DNA of 57,208 bases, from contig DBSW01000155.1 of assembly GCA_002306745.1 (NCBI GenBank), positions 1 through 57,208 of the forward strand. Reading direction: 5' to 3'. The position numbers were made by a program, and so were the translations under genes. This document shows positions 1 to 11,253 of the stretch, in pieces. The stretch comes from Dehalococcoidia bacterium UBA1332. GTDB taxonomy: Bacteria > Chloroflexota > Dehalococcoidia > Lucifugimonadales > Lucifugimonadaceae. The first letter of the stretch is position 1, and every line of letters starts with the position of its first letter. The notes below the pieces were generated by a model that worked only from the letters and a program-made list of their open reading frames with translations, had not been told where the DNA came from and did no database searches.

Positions 1-190
1 TCTGAAACTAGGTTGGCAGCCGCTCTTGTTTGACCAAGACCAGAAAACCCGATGGCAGCAAATTTTTTCCATCTTAAAGAAAACATTTTGCGAATCCGAC
101 TGGCCAAAGGTGCCGCCAATTATGCGCGATAAATAATCGCAAATCACTACATAAATCATCCCCTAAACCGCTACTTTGAAAGTTCTTATA

Positions 191-955
191 ATGCACTGGG
201 ATCCGTCTCAATATATGAAATTTGCTGATCATAGAATCCGCCCTGCAATAGATCTACTAAATCGTGTTGAATTGACACATCCTTCAACTATTTATGACCT
301 TGGAGCAGGAGCAGGAAACATAACTAAGATTCTAGCTAGTAGATGGCCTCAAGCACGTGTAACCGGAATCGATGAGTCAAAAGAAATGCTCAGTGACAAA
401 AAGTTAGCCACCAATATCGACTGGCAGGTCCGTGATATAAGATCATGGTGCCCCGAAAACCCCGTAGATCTGATTTTCTCCAACGCAGCACTCCATTGGT
501 TACCTGACCACGAAAGACTGTTCCCGAAATTGATGTCATTTGTTACATCTGGAGGTATATTCGCCGTCCAGATGCCCACAAACTTCAATGCACCTTCGCA
601 TTTGGCTATTTCAGAAGCCGTTCATAGCGGTCCGTGGCGGTCAAAAATCGAACGTCTCCTAAATCCTTCACCAGTTAAAACTCCTGACTTTTACATCAAA
701 TTGCTCATGCCGATGTGTGATTTGCTTGACGTGTGGGAGACCGAATACCAGCAAATTCTATTCGGTGATAACCCGGTAAAAGAATGGACGAAAGGTACTT
801 GGCTGAAACCATTACTAGATGCGCTAGAAGAGCCAGAGCGTAGTTATTTTGAGGAGTATTACGCCGAAATAGTCAGTAGGTCGTATCCAAAAGAAACAGA
901 CGGTTCAACAGTATTTCCATTCCGTCGACTCTTCCTGATTGCCAAGCGACAATAA
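191..955 (+). CDS. tam: trans-aconitate 2-methyltransferase
   Basis: WDPSQY N-terminus, SAM motif DLGAGAG, NAALHW, and C-terminal FPFRRLFLIA are typical of Tam. ATG at 191 preferred over TTG at 176. Confidence 0.85.
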   Translation: MHWDPSQYMKFADHRIRPAIDLLNRVELTHPSTIYDLGAGAGNITKILASRWPQARVTGIDESKEMLSDKKLATNIDWQVRDIRSWCPENPVDLIFSNAALHWLPDHERLFPKLMSFVTSGGIFAVQMPTNFNAPSHLAISEAVHSGPWRSKIERLLNPSPVKTPDFYIKLLMPMCDLLDVWETEYQQILFGDNPVKEWTKGTWLKPLLDALEEPERSYFEEYYAEIVSRSYPKETDGSTVFPFRRLFLIAKRQ

Positions 956-967
956 TCAACACCTAAA

Positions 968-1855
968 TTACCTTTCTGGCGGGGGAGCCACCACTTCATC
1001 ATACGGGTGACGAGACTCGACCAAGTTCGAATGTTGAAAGACATCAAGAGCAGTCTCGTAAAGATCACGTTCAATAGTTATATCCCCTGACCATGTACCC
1101 ATCTTCTGATAAGCCTTAACCGCTTTCGCAATTGCTGACTCAGCCATATCTGGAAAGTAGCCTGCCTGTGCCCTTGCCACTTCCGCTGGATCGGTAGTGT
1201 TAACCCAGCGGCGAGAGGAACCATACGCAGCAGAAAATCGCTTTGCGTCATCAGTATCAAGCCAGTCCCACCGGCACACCAAGCTGGAGAATGCAACTGG
1301 TCCAATCACCTCACCTACCGAAGCAACTATATGCCCTTGACCTTCGTACTCAAGTTGTTGAGGAAATGCACCCTGTTCATGAAAATAATCACCGTGACCA
1401 CTACGCCATTGAGTCATCATCTCGTCACCGCCCAACGAATCAATATCGTCAACATCTGAAAGATCCAAATCTTTTTTGTAGGCTGCGTAGCGCAGCATCG
1501 CTTCTGGTTGACCGCCATGAACATGCAAAAATTTACCCATCAGAAGCTTGTCCCAAGTGAAACTCGAATCTGATTCTCGTGCAGCGACAAAAAAACCATC
1601 GTAGCGATTTATCTGAGCAAAATGTGCAAAAGGAGCGCTCTTACCCTGATCCAGTGGCGCCCAACTAGCAGAAACTGCGGCCTGTGCGACATCCATTCGG
1701 CCTGCAGCTACTTCCATTCCACTACTTCCACCAGCCGGAACGACATAGTACTCCCCCGTTAGACCTTCTTTTTCAAGAAATCCGCCAGCGATCGTACAAA
1801 TCATTGGGCTGTAAAACGCCGAATGCCGTGAGGCCATTATTTTTAGGTTAGTCAT
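968..1855 (-). CDS. ABC transporter substrate-binding protein, NMT1/THI5/SsuA-like
   Basis: SAFYSP..GGFLEKEGL N-terminus, QINRYDGFF, G.IVASVG: periplasmic binding fold of the THI5/SsuA class. No obvious signal peptide. Confidence 0.65.
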   Translation of the reverse strand: MTNLKIMASRHSAFYSPMICTIAGGFLEKEGLTGEYYVVPAGGSSGMEVAAGRMDVAQAAVSASWAPLDQGKSAPFAHFAQINRYDGFFVAARESDSSFTWDKLLMGKFLHVHGGQPEAMLRYAAYKKDLDLSDVDDIDSLGGDEMMTQWRSGHGDYFHEQGAFPQQLEYEGQGHIVASVGEVIGPVAFSSLVCRWDWLDTDDAKRFSAAYGSSRRWVNTTDPAEVARAQAGYFPDMAESAIAKAVKAYQKMGTWSGDITIERDLYETALDVFQHSNLVESRHPYDEVVAPPPER

Positions 1856-2156
1856 CTATCCATCCAAATGGGCTTGTGTAACAAAATTAGCTACCTTGAA
1901 TAGAGTTTACGCTCTATATCTGATTATCTGTATACAAACAAACCGCTATAACATAAATCGCATATTAGGCCGATAATCAAATTACTGTCATTCCTATTTA
2001 CAGCAATAGTTGCGAACTCAGAACTTGAAATCGCTTAACTAATGCACCCATAAGTTTGAATATCGGTATGCTTGAAGATATATGGTTGACGGGACATCAA
2101 ATTCACACTCTTTATATAGCAAAAAGATACATGCGCTGACGTGCAAACTTGCTGGC

Positions 2157-3899
2157 ATGTCCCCTCGTTGGGCAGCAGCAGTCGTTATCGTTATAACTGC
2201 AGTTTCATTAACAGCTATAGGATGCTCCATTGACGAATCCGCAACACCCACCCCAGCCACAGTCTCAACAATGACTTTAGCGCCCAGCGCTACACCCACA
2301 CCAAACTCAGATTCAACATCGACACCGCTTGCAACACCGACAGAAATCCCTTCACAGACCGAAGTGCCCGTTCACTACGACCCCGACTATAGTGGGTTTC
2401 TGAGATTCGCTATACCAGAAGGTCCCCCACACTATGATCCGCACCTAACGGTATCTTCCGCACTCTCCAGTTGGGGCGCTGGACTCGCGTACTCAAGATT
2501 ACTTAAGTTCGACACGTCAACTAGCCACACCAGCATAATCTGTGATCTATGCAAGTCGTGGGAACAGACCAACCCGCTAACTTTCAGATTCAAAATCCGT
2601 GACGATGTGCGATGGCACCAAATATCTCCTCCTCTCGGCCGAAACCTCACAGCACAAGATATAGCTTTCAGCTTAACTCGTATGGCGACTGAGGGTTATG
2701 CAAATGCTTCCATACTTTCAAATATCAATGAAATAAACGCTTTAGGAGACAAAGAATTGCTGATCAGGCTACATGCACCTGATTCAGAATTGCTCGAAAA
2801 ACTTGCTGACTCACATTCAAGAATCGTAGCCCATGAAACGGTCGAAACACATGGTGATCTCAGGCTCGGGCCAAGCGTTGGAACCGGTCCTTGGATCGCC
2901 ACAGAGGTCAGACCAGACTTCACACAACTTATCGCAAATCCTGACTACCATATCGGCAATATCCCATATCTAGATGGAATAGAAATACAAGTAATGCCAT
3001 CCCAATCGGTGAGGGTAGCCGGAGTCAGATCGAAGGTCATTGACATAGCACAAGCAAACTATGACCTGATTGAAAGTGCTAGAGAAGTTTTTTCGGAAAT
3101 AAATTGGATTGGAGTAGATAACCCAGCAGCGGGTATAGAAATTGCGATCAACACGAACAGGAAACCAATGAACAGTCGCCTATTGCGTACAGCGATGATG
3201 CTGACTTGGTCAGCTGCAGAAGATCCTCATGGATATCGCCCAACAACAGACAACTCAAATCCAACTCCTCAAAATCAACTTTCCAGCCTTGGTCTGCCAA
3301 CCATAGATTCCATAGTACCTATCGAAGTCCAGTTTGAATTCGACAACAGATTAAATGACCTAGATAAGGCAAAAACCATACTTTTAGAGGGTGACCTTAC
3401 AGTCGCGGAAAACGTATTGATCAAAGTCGGAGATTACGGACATCATTACATCAATCAGGCACATTTACTAGCCGAAGGCCTTGCAAGTATAGGAATCAAT
3501 GCTGAGATTGAAAAAATCTCAACAAGAATATTTGGCGATGAAGTCTGGCTAGCTGGAGACTACGACATCATGGTCGGTCCCCCCCCGCCAGTATCAAGCA
3601 CCACTGGATACCTATTTGCTGTCCACCATTCGAATGGTAGCTGGAATACGACTGGATACATAAACTCAGAAATAGATCGCCTAATTGAAACCCAAGCACA
3701 AGAATATGATCCAACGAAACGAGCTAGAATCCTTACAGAGATACAACACCTCATTCTTGATGGATCGCACCGGTTTATTTCTACTTACCGAACTAACCAC
3801 TGGATGTTCTGGGATTACGTAAAAGACTTCAATCCAAAAACACCAAAAGGCGACACAGAATTTCTAACACGAATATGGCTGAAGCCGAGCGAAAATTAG
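2157..3899 (+). CDS. ABC transporter substrate-binding lipoprotein, family 5 (peptide/nickel)
   Basis: Hydrophobic signal with lipobox-like TAIGC, Thr/Pro-rich linker, DLCKSWE, FKIRDDVRWH, GTGPW, PYLDGIEI. Start uncertain (2082 or 2157). Confidence 0.85.
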   Translation: MSPRWAAAVVIVITAVSLTAIGCSIDESATPTPATVSTMTLAPSATPTPNSDSTSTPLATPTEIPSQTEVPVHYDPDYSGFLRFAIPEGPPHYDPHLTVSSALSSWGAGLAYSRLLKFDTSTSHTSIICDLCKSWEQTNPLTFRFKIRDDVRWHQISPPLGRNLTAQDIAFSLTRMATEGYANASILSNINEINALGDKELLIRLHAPDSELLEKLADSHSRIVAHETVETHGDLRLGPSVGTGPWIATEVRPDFTQLIANPDYHIGNIPYLDGIEIQVMPSQSVRVAGVRSKVIDIAQANYDLIESAREVFSEINWIGVDNPAAGIEIAINTNRKPMNSRLLRTAMMLTWSAAEDPHGYRPTTDNSNPTPQNQLSSLGLPTIDSIVPIEVQFEFDNRLNDLDKAKTILLEGDLTVAENVLIKVGDYGHHYINQAHLLAEGLASIGINAEIEKISTRIFGDEVWLAGDYDIMVGPPPPVSSTTGYLFAVHHSNGSWNTTGYINSEIDRLIETQAQEYDPTKRARILTEIQHLILDGSHRFISTYRTNHWMFWDYVKDFNPKTPKGDTEFLTRIWLKPSEN

Positions 3900-4366
3900 G
3901 ATTTTACGCCAGCTATGTGATCTTTTAGAGCATCGTCTAAGCCGACCCAGCTTAGTAGAGCACATTTGATACGAACAGGAAATTTTCTAACGCCCTGGAG
4001 TGCCTCAATATCACCAAGAGTATCAGCTTCTTGATCAGTAATATTTTCTCCTTTTAGTAGGCGTCTTACAGAATCTACAGCCCCGTGAACCTGATCACTG
4101 GACTTGCCTTCAACTAGTTCAGCAAGCAATGAAGCTGATGCCTGTGAAATAGCGCAGCCACGCCCCGTTATGCCAACATGAGACACAATGTTTCGATCAA
4201 TCTTCATCTGGATACGAACTTCATCACCACAAAATGGATTATTAACTTCTAAATCAATATCAGGATTTTCAACTGCTGATGTATTCCTGGGACTACGATA
4301 ATGATCGAGAATAATCACTTCGTAAAGGTCATCCATTTGATCCAAACCGCTCATTCCACCTGTCAT
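3896..4366 (-). CDS. sufU: SUF system NifU-family scaffold/sulfur-transfer protein
   Basis: LYEVIILDHYRSPRN, NPFCGD, GCAISQAS, RIKCALL; directly downstream of sufS. Confidence 0.95.
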   Translation of the reverse strand: MTGGMSGLDQMDDLYEVIILDHYRSPRNTSAVENPDIDLEVNNPFCGDEVRIQMKIDRNIVSHVGITGRGCAISQASASLLAELVEGKSSDQVHGAVDSVRRLLKGENITDQEADTLGDIEALQGVRKFPVRIKCALLSWVGLDDALKDHIAGVKS

Positions 4367-5622
4367 CGATTGAAATACCCTTCAGTTTCACTAATGCCAT
4401 TAACGAGCGCATCAACTTCCGATTTAGTGTTATAGATGTAAAAGCTAGCCCTCGCTGCTGCCACGACGTCGTAACTACGAACAAGGGGCATGGCACAATG
4501 ATGACCCGTTCGGATAGCAATCCCTTGTTGGTCTAAAGCAGTTCCCAAATCATGTGGGTGAATCGAATCATGAATAAAAGATATCACCCCGCCGCGCATC
4601 GAAGGATCTTTAGGACCAAGAATCTTTACGGTATCAAGAGATAGAATGCGCTCCATTGCATAAGCCGTAAGATCTTGTTCGTGCCGCCAAACGTTCTTCA
4701 TACCTAAACGACTCAGATAATCAACAGCTGCACCAGTCCCAAAAGCGTCAGCAATATTCGGAGTTCCCGCCTCAAACTTGTAAGGCAAATCATTCCAATT
4801 AGCGTCCTCGTAAGTGACCTCCAAGATCATATCCCCACCAAACATGTATGGAGGCATATCTTCCAGTAGGCTGACTTTACCCCATAGAACACCGATTCCA
4901 GTAGGCCCAAGCATCTTGTGCGCAGAAAACGCTAAAAAGTCAGCATCAAGATCCTGAACGTCCACGGGCATATGCGGAACGCTCTGGGCAGCATCAACCA
5001 TAATCACCGCCCCAACATCATGTGCTCGCCCAGCAAGCTCAGAAATTGGATTTACAGTGCCGAGCACATTGGACATATGAGTGACCGAAAGAATTTTAGT
5101 TCGCTCGTCTATAACCGTCATTGCGTGTTCTAGATCAATGATCCCATCACTATTGTGAGCGAAGTAACGAAGCTCTGCGCCTTTTTTGAAAGCGAGTTGC
5201 TGCCATGGAACTATGTTTGAATGATGCTCCATCGCTGTAATCACAATATTGTCGCCTGCAACAACATTATTTTCAGCCCAGGTCGCTGCCACCAAGTTTA
5301 GCGACTCACTCGTATTACGCGTCCATATAATTTCTTCGCTACGGGGCGCATTTATAAAATCTGCTACCTTCGAACGTGCAAGCTCGTAGCCATCCGTTGC
5401 CTCGATCGAAAGAGTATGTACGCCTCGATGAACATTAGCGTTTGTCTGTTCGTAGTAATCAGTCAATGATTTAATGACTTGATTAGGCTTCTGTGTAGTC
5501 GCTGCGTTATCCAAATAGACTAAATTTTGTCCATGGATTTTCCTTTGCAAAATTGGAAAATCTGCACGAATTGAATTTACGTTAAGCCCTGTAGATACAG
5601 TGTTTCCAGTCGAATCGATCAT
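4363..5622 (-). CDS. sufS: cysteine desulfurase SufS
   Basis: YLDNAATTQKP, EHHSN, SAHKMLGP (PLP Lys), RTGHHCA (group II catalytic Cys). Confidence 0.97.
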   Translation of the reverse strand: MIDSTGNTVSTGLNVNSIRADFPILQRKIHGQNLVYLDNAATTQKPNQVIKSLTDYYEQTNANVHRGVHTLSIEATDGYELARSKVADFINAPRSEEIIWTRNTSESLNLVAATWAENNVVAGDNIVITAMEHHSNIVPWQQLAFKKGAELRYFAHNSDGIIDLEHAMTVIDERTKILSVTHMSNVLGTVNPISELAGRAHDVGAVIMVDAAQSVPHMPVDVQDLDADFLAFSAHKMLGPTGIGVLWGKVSLLEDMPPYMFGGDMILEVTYEDANWNDLPYKFEAGTPNIADAFGTGAAVDYLSRLGMKNVWRHEQDLTAYAMERILSLDTVKILGPKDPSMRGGVISFIHDSIHPHDLGTALDQQGIAIRTGHHCAMPLVRSYDVVAAARASFYIYNTKSEVDALVNGISETEGYFNR

Positions 5623-6971
5623 GCGGTCCCTATCGTGTCAGATTCAGAAAGAAGCACGGGTATTCGCTCATCGGTAACGCGCTCAACGAAATCATATAGG
5701 GCGGTCGGTTCAAATTCGTTTAGCATCTCTTCAGCAAAGCCACGGACAAGAATCGCTTTTGCAGACTCTTCATCAACGCCTCTAGATTGCAGATAGAAAA
5801 GCGTGTCTCGATCTACATGGCCTGCTGTAGCACCGTGGGAGGCGGTAATGTCATCTGCGTAAATCTCAAGCGAAGGTTTAGCGTCTACTTCTGCTCCCCT
5901 TGACAGCAAAAGATTAAGATCTTTCTGGCTAGCATCCGACTTTTGTGCATCTCGCATCACAATAACTTTTCCGCTGAATACGGCTTGTGATTTACCAGAC
6001 AAAATCCCCTTATAGAACTGATCTGAAGTGCCACCAGGCTTTGCATGGGTCGTACTGATCTCTTGATCCTGATGTTGAACGCCGTTAGTCATGTAAAGGC
6101 CATGCAACGTACAACTTGCCCCCGGAGCATCAAGAAGTGAATGGATGTCATTACGAGCAATCTGTGCTCCGACTGCGAATGACGTCGATGTAAAATCTGT
6201 ATCACTCTGCTGGCTCACACGAGTAGTACCTAAGTGAAACGAAATCTCATTCTCCATTTGAACTCTGTAATGCCGCAGGCTAGAACTTTCACCTTGAAAA
6301 ATCTCTACTACTGGTGCCGAAAATTGAGATGTCGTAGCAATATTCAAGTGGGTCTCAATTAGAACTATTGAACTCCCAGCCCGTGCATCAACTAATAGAC
6401 GTGGATACACAGCTCGGCTTTCTACAGACTCCGAAGTTACGTGAACGACGTGAATCGGCTGTTCGATTTTCACACCTTCGGCTACCGATACATAAGCACC
6501 ATCATCAAGGAAAGCAGTATTCAAAGCTGAGAATGCATACTCCTCTTTTCCGGCAAGTGTAGCTAACAAGGACTTTAAGTCATCTGTTTCAGTTTCAATT
6601 GCTTCATTAAGGGAAATAAGCTGTAACCCATCTATGTCATTTATTCGAGAAAGCTCACTTGAAAATTTTCCGTCCACGACGACTAATGTGTGCCAATCAT
6701 CATCCCAAGGGGCAGAATTTTTTATCCGTGCAGTGGTTACAGATCCGGAGTGTCCCGCATAAAAATCAAGTGCAGTAAGCGGTTGAAGATTCGTGTATTT
6801 CCAGAGCTCATTACCACGACGTTTCGTAGGTATGCCGATCTCAGAAAAGGTCGACCAAGCCTGTTCGCGCAACTTTTTCACCCAATTGGGAGATGTTGCC
6901 TTTTCGACTGTGAATTTTTCGTACGCGGAGGAAAACTTATCGACAGCATCTGGTGATGTTACAAGCGTCAT
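5619..6971 (-). CDS. sufD: Fe-S cluster assembly protein SufD
   Basis: E.WKYT, ALNTAF, KPSLEIYADD..ASHGATAG, LFYLQSRG; lies between sufC and sufS. Confidence 0.95.
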   Translation of the reverse strand: MTLVTSPDAVDKFSSAYEKFTVEKATSPNWVKKLREQAWSTFSEIGIPTKRRGNELWKYTNLQPLTALDFYAGHSGSVTTARIKNSAPWDDDWHTLVVVDGKFSSELSRINDIDGLQLISLNEAIETETDDLKSLLATLAGKEEYAFSALNTAFLDDGAYVSVAEGVKIEQPIHVVHVTSESVESRAVYPRLLVDARAGSSIVLIETHLNIATTSQFSAPVVEIFQGESSSLRHYRVQMENEISFHLGTTRVSQQSDTDFTSTSFAVGAQIARNDIHSLLDAPGASCTLHGLYMTNGVQHQDQEISTTHAKPGGTSDQFYKGILSGKSQAVFSGKVIVMRDAQKSDASQKDLNLLLSRGAEVDAKPSLEIYADDITASHGATAGHVDRDTLFYLQSRGVDEESAKAILVRGFAEEMLNEFEPTALYDFVERVTDERIPVLLSESDTIGTA

Positions 6972-6973
6972 TG

Positions 6974-7741
6974 TTAAGCGGTCACCTCAGATGTGGAAAG
7001 GTATTCCTTATAACCATCCTTCTCAACTTCAAGAGCGAGTTCAGGACCGCCTGTTTTCACAATTTCTCCATTTACCAAAATATGAACCACATCAGGAGTT
7101 ATGTAGTTCAGCAATCGTTGGTAATGGGTGACCACGATAAAAGATCGTTCAGGGGATCTCATGGAGTTAACTCCCTCAGCTACTATCCTAAGAGCATCCA
7201 CATCTAATCCGGAATCAGTCTCGTCCAGAATGGCCAAAGTAGGTTGTAAAACTTCGAGTTGAAGCATTTCGTTTCGCTTCTTCTCACCACCTGAGAATCC
7301 TTCATTAAGCGATCGCTTCACAAGTGCAGGGTTGATGCCGACAGCTTGAACCTTCTCGTCAAACAATTTTGAGAAGTTCCTGACCGACATTTTTTGTTCC
7401 CCTGTGGCCTCAGCCTTGGAATCCAACGCTGACTTGAGGAACTGCCAGGGGCGAACACCTGGAATTTCAGCTGGATACTGAAATGCAAGAAACATTCCAA
7501 GGTGGGCCCTTTGATCCGGAGCCAGATCGATAATCGATTGATTCTGAAACGTTATATCACCGCCAGTAACCTCATAGTCAGGTCGTCCCATTAAAACGTT
7601 GGCCAGCGTGCTCTTGCCTGAACCATTTGGCCCCATTATGGCGTGAACTTCACCTTTATTGACCGTCAGATCTATTCCATTCAGAATCTCTGAGTTTTCT
7701 ATGTCTATCACGGAGGCATGAAGTTTATTTATCTCAAGCAT
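6974..7741 (-). CDS. sufC: Fe-S cluster assembly ATPase SufC
   Basis: GPNGSGKST, FLAFQYP, NEGFSGGEKKRNE, LDETDSGLD. Confidence 0.97.
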   Translation of the reverse strand: MLEINKLHASVIDIENSEILNGIDLTVNKGEVHAIMGPNGSGKSTLANVLMGRPDYEVTGGDITFQNQSIIDLAPDQRAHLGMFLAFQYPAEIPGVRPWQFLKSALDSKAEATGEQKMSVRNFSKLFDEKVQAVGINPALVKRSLNEGFSGGEKKRNEMLQLEVLQPTLAILDETDSGLDVDALRIVAEGVNSMRSPERSFIVVTHYQRLLNYITPDVVHILVNGEIVKTGGPELALEVEKDGYKEYLSTSEVTA

Positions 7742-7805
7742 TTTTCGTTATGAGTCCCACATTTTTATTTACTTGTATAGTTCGGTCATGCAAATCAAAC
7801 TGTAA

Positions 7806-9269
7806 CTATCCGACAGCACCTTCGAGAGACACTTTCAACAGTTGGCTAGCTTCAAGGGCAAACTCGAATGGCAGTTCTTTAATCACATCTCTACTCCATC
7901 CAGTGATGATCATGTGATGAGCTTCTTCCTCTGAAAGCCCGCGAGCCATCAGGTAGAACAGTTGATCGTCACTCACCTTAGAAGTTGAAGCTTCATGCTC
8001 CAATCGCGCAGTTGGATTTCTAACCTCAATATATGGCACCGTGTGGGCGCCGCACTTATCACCAACAAGTAACGAGTCACATTGAGTGTGATTAACTGCA
8101 TTCTCAGCACCAGGCATAATCTGAACTTGCCCACGGTAGGTATTATTTCCCTGCCCTGCAGAAATACCTTTAGAAACGATCGTAGATTTGGTGTTTTTAC
8201 CTATATGAATCATTTTTGTGCCGGTATCAGCCTGCTGATGATTATTGGCAAGAGCCACTGAAAAAAACTCTCCTACCGAGTTATCCCCTCGTAAAATCAC
8301 ACTCGGATACTTCCAAGTGATCGCTGATCCCGTCTCAACTTGCGTCCACGAAATCTTAGAATTTTTGTCAGCGCGGCCCCGCTTAGTTACAAAGTTGTAA
8401 ACACCACCTTCCCCATCCTTCGTTCCCGGGAACCAGTTCTGTATCGTTGAGTATTTTATCTCGGCATCATCTAGTGCAACCAATTCGACTACGGCAGCAT
8501 GGAGTTGGCTGGTTTTTCGAAATGGCGCAGTACACCCTTCAAGGTAGGAAACGTAAGAACCCTTGTCCGCAACAATTAGAGTTCGTTCAAATTGTCCAGA
8601 TCCTTCCGTATTAATTCGGAAGTACGTCATTAATTCAATCGGACACTTCACTCCGGGTGGAATATACGCGAAAGAGCCATCGCTAAATACCGCCGAATTC
8701 AAAGCTGCGTAAAAATTGTCGGAGTGAGGGACAACAGAACCAAGGTATTTTTGAACTAGATCTGGGTAATTTTTTACCGCTTCGCTGAATGAGCAAAATA
8801 TAATGCCCAACTCACTAAGTTGCTTTTCCATAGTTGTAGCAACCGAAACTGAATCAAATACAGCGTCTACAGCAACACCGGCAAGAGCGGCCCGCTCTTG
8901 AAGTGGAATCCCTAGTTTTTCGAAGGTGTCGAGCATCTCAGGGTCAACTTCATCTAAACTTTTGGGCGCCTCACTCGTACCCTTAGGTGCTGCGTAATAA
9001 TAAATGTCCTGAAAATCGACTCCGGGATAATCGATCATCGCCCACTGTGGCTCACCTTGTCCTTGTTCGAGTTCAGACCAATGCTTATAAGCCCTAAGCC
9101 TCCAATCCAAAAGCCAAGCAGGTTCTTCTTTTTTGGCGGAGATCAGTCGAACTATGTCTTCGTTCAAACCTTTCGGAGCTAGATCCGTTTCTATATCTGT
9201 TACGAATCCCCATTTGTACTCACCACCTGATAAATCAGACTCGCGAGAAATCGTGTTTTGATTGGTCAA
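7806..9269 (-). CDS. sufB: Fe-S cluster assembly protein SufB
   Basis: [40 protein letters not shown]; TTG start with GGAG upstream. Confidence 0.97.
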   Translation of the reverse strand: MTNQNTISRESDLSGGEYKWGFVTDIETDLAPKGLNEDIVRLISAKKEEPAWLLDWRLRAYKHWSELEQGQGEPQWAMIDYPGVDFQDIYYYAAPKGTSEAPKSLDEVDPEMLDTFEKLGIPLQERAALAGVAVDAVFDSVSVATTMEKQLSELGIIFCSFSEAVKNYPDLVQKYLGSVVPHSDNFYAALNSAVFSDGSFAYIPPGVKCPIELMTYFRINTEGSGQFERTLIVADKGSYVSYLEGCTAPFRKTSQLHAAVVELVALDDAEIKYSTIQNWFPGTKDGEGGVYNFVTKRGRADKNSKISWTQVETGSAITWKYPSVILRGDNSVGEFFSVALANNHQQADTGTKMIHIGKNTKSTIVSKGISAGQGNNTYRGQVQIMPGAENAVNHTQCDSLLVGDKCGAHTVPYIEVRNPTARLEHEASTSKVSDDQLFYLMARGLSEEEAHHMIITGWSRDVIKELPFEFALEASQLLKVSLEGAVG

Positions 9270-9362
9270 AAATATTCTCCGTAAGAATTTTTAGGACGTT
9301 GCTAGTTATAAATATCCAGATACATAGGTGCCATATTGGAATAGAGAATCAGTCGATTTGTT

Positions 9363-9390
9363 ATTCCTGACTCATTTGGTATGCATTTAT
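9363..9390 (-). promoter_or_regulatory. candidate Rrf2/IscR-type operator upstream of suf operon
   Basis: Minus strand ATAAATGCATACCAAATGAGTCAGGAAT resembles IscR type-1 sites; about 95 nt upstream of sufB. Confidence 0.4.
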
Positions 9391-9642
9391 TTTAAAAGTG
9401 ACCACCGAAAGCGTCAACGAAATTCGTAACTGCAAACGAATACTGGTGCGCGTGCGAAAATCACTGCATTTAGGTACAACAAGGCGTGTTTTTGCTAGCG
9501 AACTAAAATTTCTTACGCGGTCAAGTCGACATTATTAAAATAAACTGATGTTATTTAAAGTTGCCAATGGAACAACGAAACTTGGTTTCACCCTAAATTA
9601 GACGCATCAATCACGATTTAAATAAGGAAGGGAACGACACTC

Positions 9643-11124
9643 TTGGAGTACGAAGCGGTAATCGGTCTAGAAACACACGTCCAATTGAAAACTCAGAGCA
9701 AAATGTTTGGCACATCTTCGGCCAAATATCAGACTGCAGAGCCCAATACGCTAGTTGACGAAGTCAGTATGGCGTTGCCAGGCACTCTTCCGGTGGTAAA
9801 TCAAACAGCTGTAGAGTATGCCATGATGATTGGCATGGCGATCAATTGCAACATTGCTCGAGTAACCAAATTCGACCGTAAAAACTACACCTATCCGGAT
9901 CTTATGAAGGGTTACCAGATAACCCAATTTGATGAGCCAATTTGCTATGAGGGTTACATTGACCTGCCGTTAAATGACCCGATACGCGTTCGGATAAACC
10001 GGGTACACATGGAAGAGGACGTCGCTCGTCTAGTACATGTGGAAGGCGCTAAGGGTGGTACGGTCCATTCACTAATTGATATCAACCGCGCCGGCACACC
10101 TCTGATGGAAGTAGTAACAGAACCTGATCTGCACACCTCTGAGCAAGTTGAGGCGTACATCAACACTCTGCAGCACATCATTCGATACCTCGGTGTCGGT
10201 ACAGCCAACATGGAAGAAGGTTCTTTCCGATGTGATGCCAACATAAGCGTTCGACCAAAGGGGTCAACCGAACTAACTACAAAGGTCGAAGTGAAAAACA
10301 TGAACCGCATTCGTGCTGTAGTACGAGCAGTGGAGTATGAAATCGAGCGGCAGATTTCAGCGTATAAAAACGGAGAGCGAATAGTTCAAGAGACGCGCGG
10401 CTGGGACGATGGCAAAGGGGTAACTAACCCACAGCGGAGTAAGGAAGAGGCAAATGACTACCGATACTTCCCAGAGCCAGATATCCCACCATTATTGATT
10501 AATGAAGAATGGATCGAAGAAATCCGAGCAAAAATGCCGGAACTACCGATTCCTCGCAAACTACGTTTCATGTCCGAATGGGGTTTGAGTGAATACGATG
10601 CAAACCTACTGACTGTTTTACGTTCAACTGCCGACTACTTTGAGGCCATTTGTGACGGTATGAAACACGAATCGCCTGATACAAAAAAAGCGTTCGCCAA
10701 GGCTGCTGCTAACTGGTTAAACGGCGAAATGGTTCGCAAAATGAATGATGATGATTTGACTAATATGTTCGACACCAAGATCTCTCCTGATGCGCTGAGA
10801 ATATTGGTCGAAAAATTCCGAAACCGAGAGCTAAACAATAATTCTGCAAAACAGGTATTTGAGCTCATGTACACCAACGGATCAGATCCCGAAAAAGTGA
10901 TTCAACAACTAGGTCTAGGAGTAGTATCTGGTGTAGAAGCGTTAGGTCCAATAGTTGAAGAAGTAATTAGAAACAATGAAAAAGCAGTTAACGACTATCT
11001 AAGTGGAAAAGAGGTCGCACTTAAATCCCTTATGGGACAGGTGATGAAATCAACTAAAGGACAAGCGGATCCTATGCAGGCGACCGAGATGATCAAGGCA
11101 CAGTTGTCTAATCAGTCCCTTTAA
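9643..11124 (+). CDS. gatB: Asp-tRNA(Asn)/Glu-tRNA(Gln) amidotransferase subunit B
   Basis: VIGLETHVQL, FDRKNY.YPDL.KGYQITQ, HMEED, NRAGTPLMEVVTEP, RCDAN, DYRYFPEPD. Confidence 0.97.
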   Translation: MEYEAVIGLETHVQLKTQSKMFGTSSAKYQTAEPNTLVDEVSMALPGTLPVVNQTAVEYAMMIGMAINCNIARVTKFDRKNYTYPDLMKGYQITQFDEPICYEGYIDLPLNDPIRVRINRVHMEEDVARLVHVEGAKGGTVHSLIDINRAGTPLMEVVTEPDLHTSEQVEAYINTLQHIIRYLGVGTANMEEGSFRCDANISVRPKGSTELTTKVEVKNMNRIRAVVRAVEYEIERQISAYKNGERIVQETRGWDDGKGVTNPQRSKEEANDYRYFPEPDIPPLLINEEWIEEIRAKMPELPIPRKLRFMSEWGLSEYDANLLTVLRSTADYFEAICDGMKHESPDTKKAFAKAAANWLNGEMVRKMNDDDLTNMFDTKISPDALRILVEKFRNRELNNNSAKQVFELMYTNGSDPEKVIQQLGLGVVSGVEALGPIVEEVIRNNEKAVNDYLSGKEVALKSLMGQVMKSTKGQADPMQATEMIKAQLSNQSL

Positions 11125-11253
11125 CCAAGTTCCTCATTGAAAACACTAAGAGGTGTAGCGATACTTATTACATAGCCCTAACATAGAGAGTATACATTGA
11201 CATAACGTTCCCGAAATGATGGTAGGCGGCTAGGTAACACCTGAAGAAAAATA

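Noticed and set aside
1-86. Minus-strand open frame MFSLRWKKFAAIGFSGLGQTRAAANLVS running off the window
   Set aside because: Too short to assign; could be a truncated gene start.
2240-2365. Thr/Pro-rich low-complexity stretch as a tandem repeat
   Set aside because: It is an ordinary lipoprotein linker with no exact DNA repeat unit.
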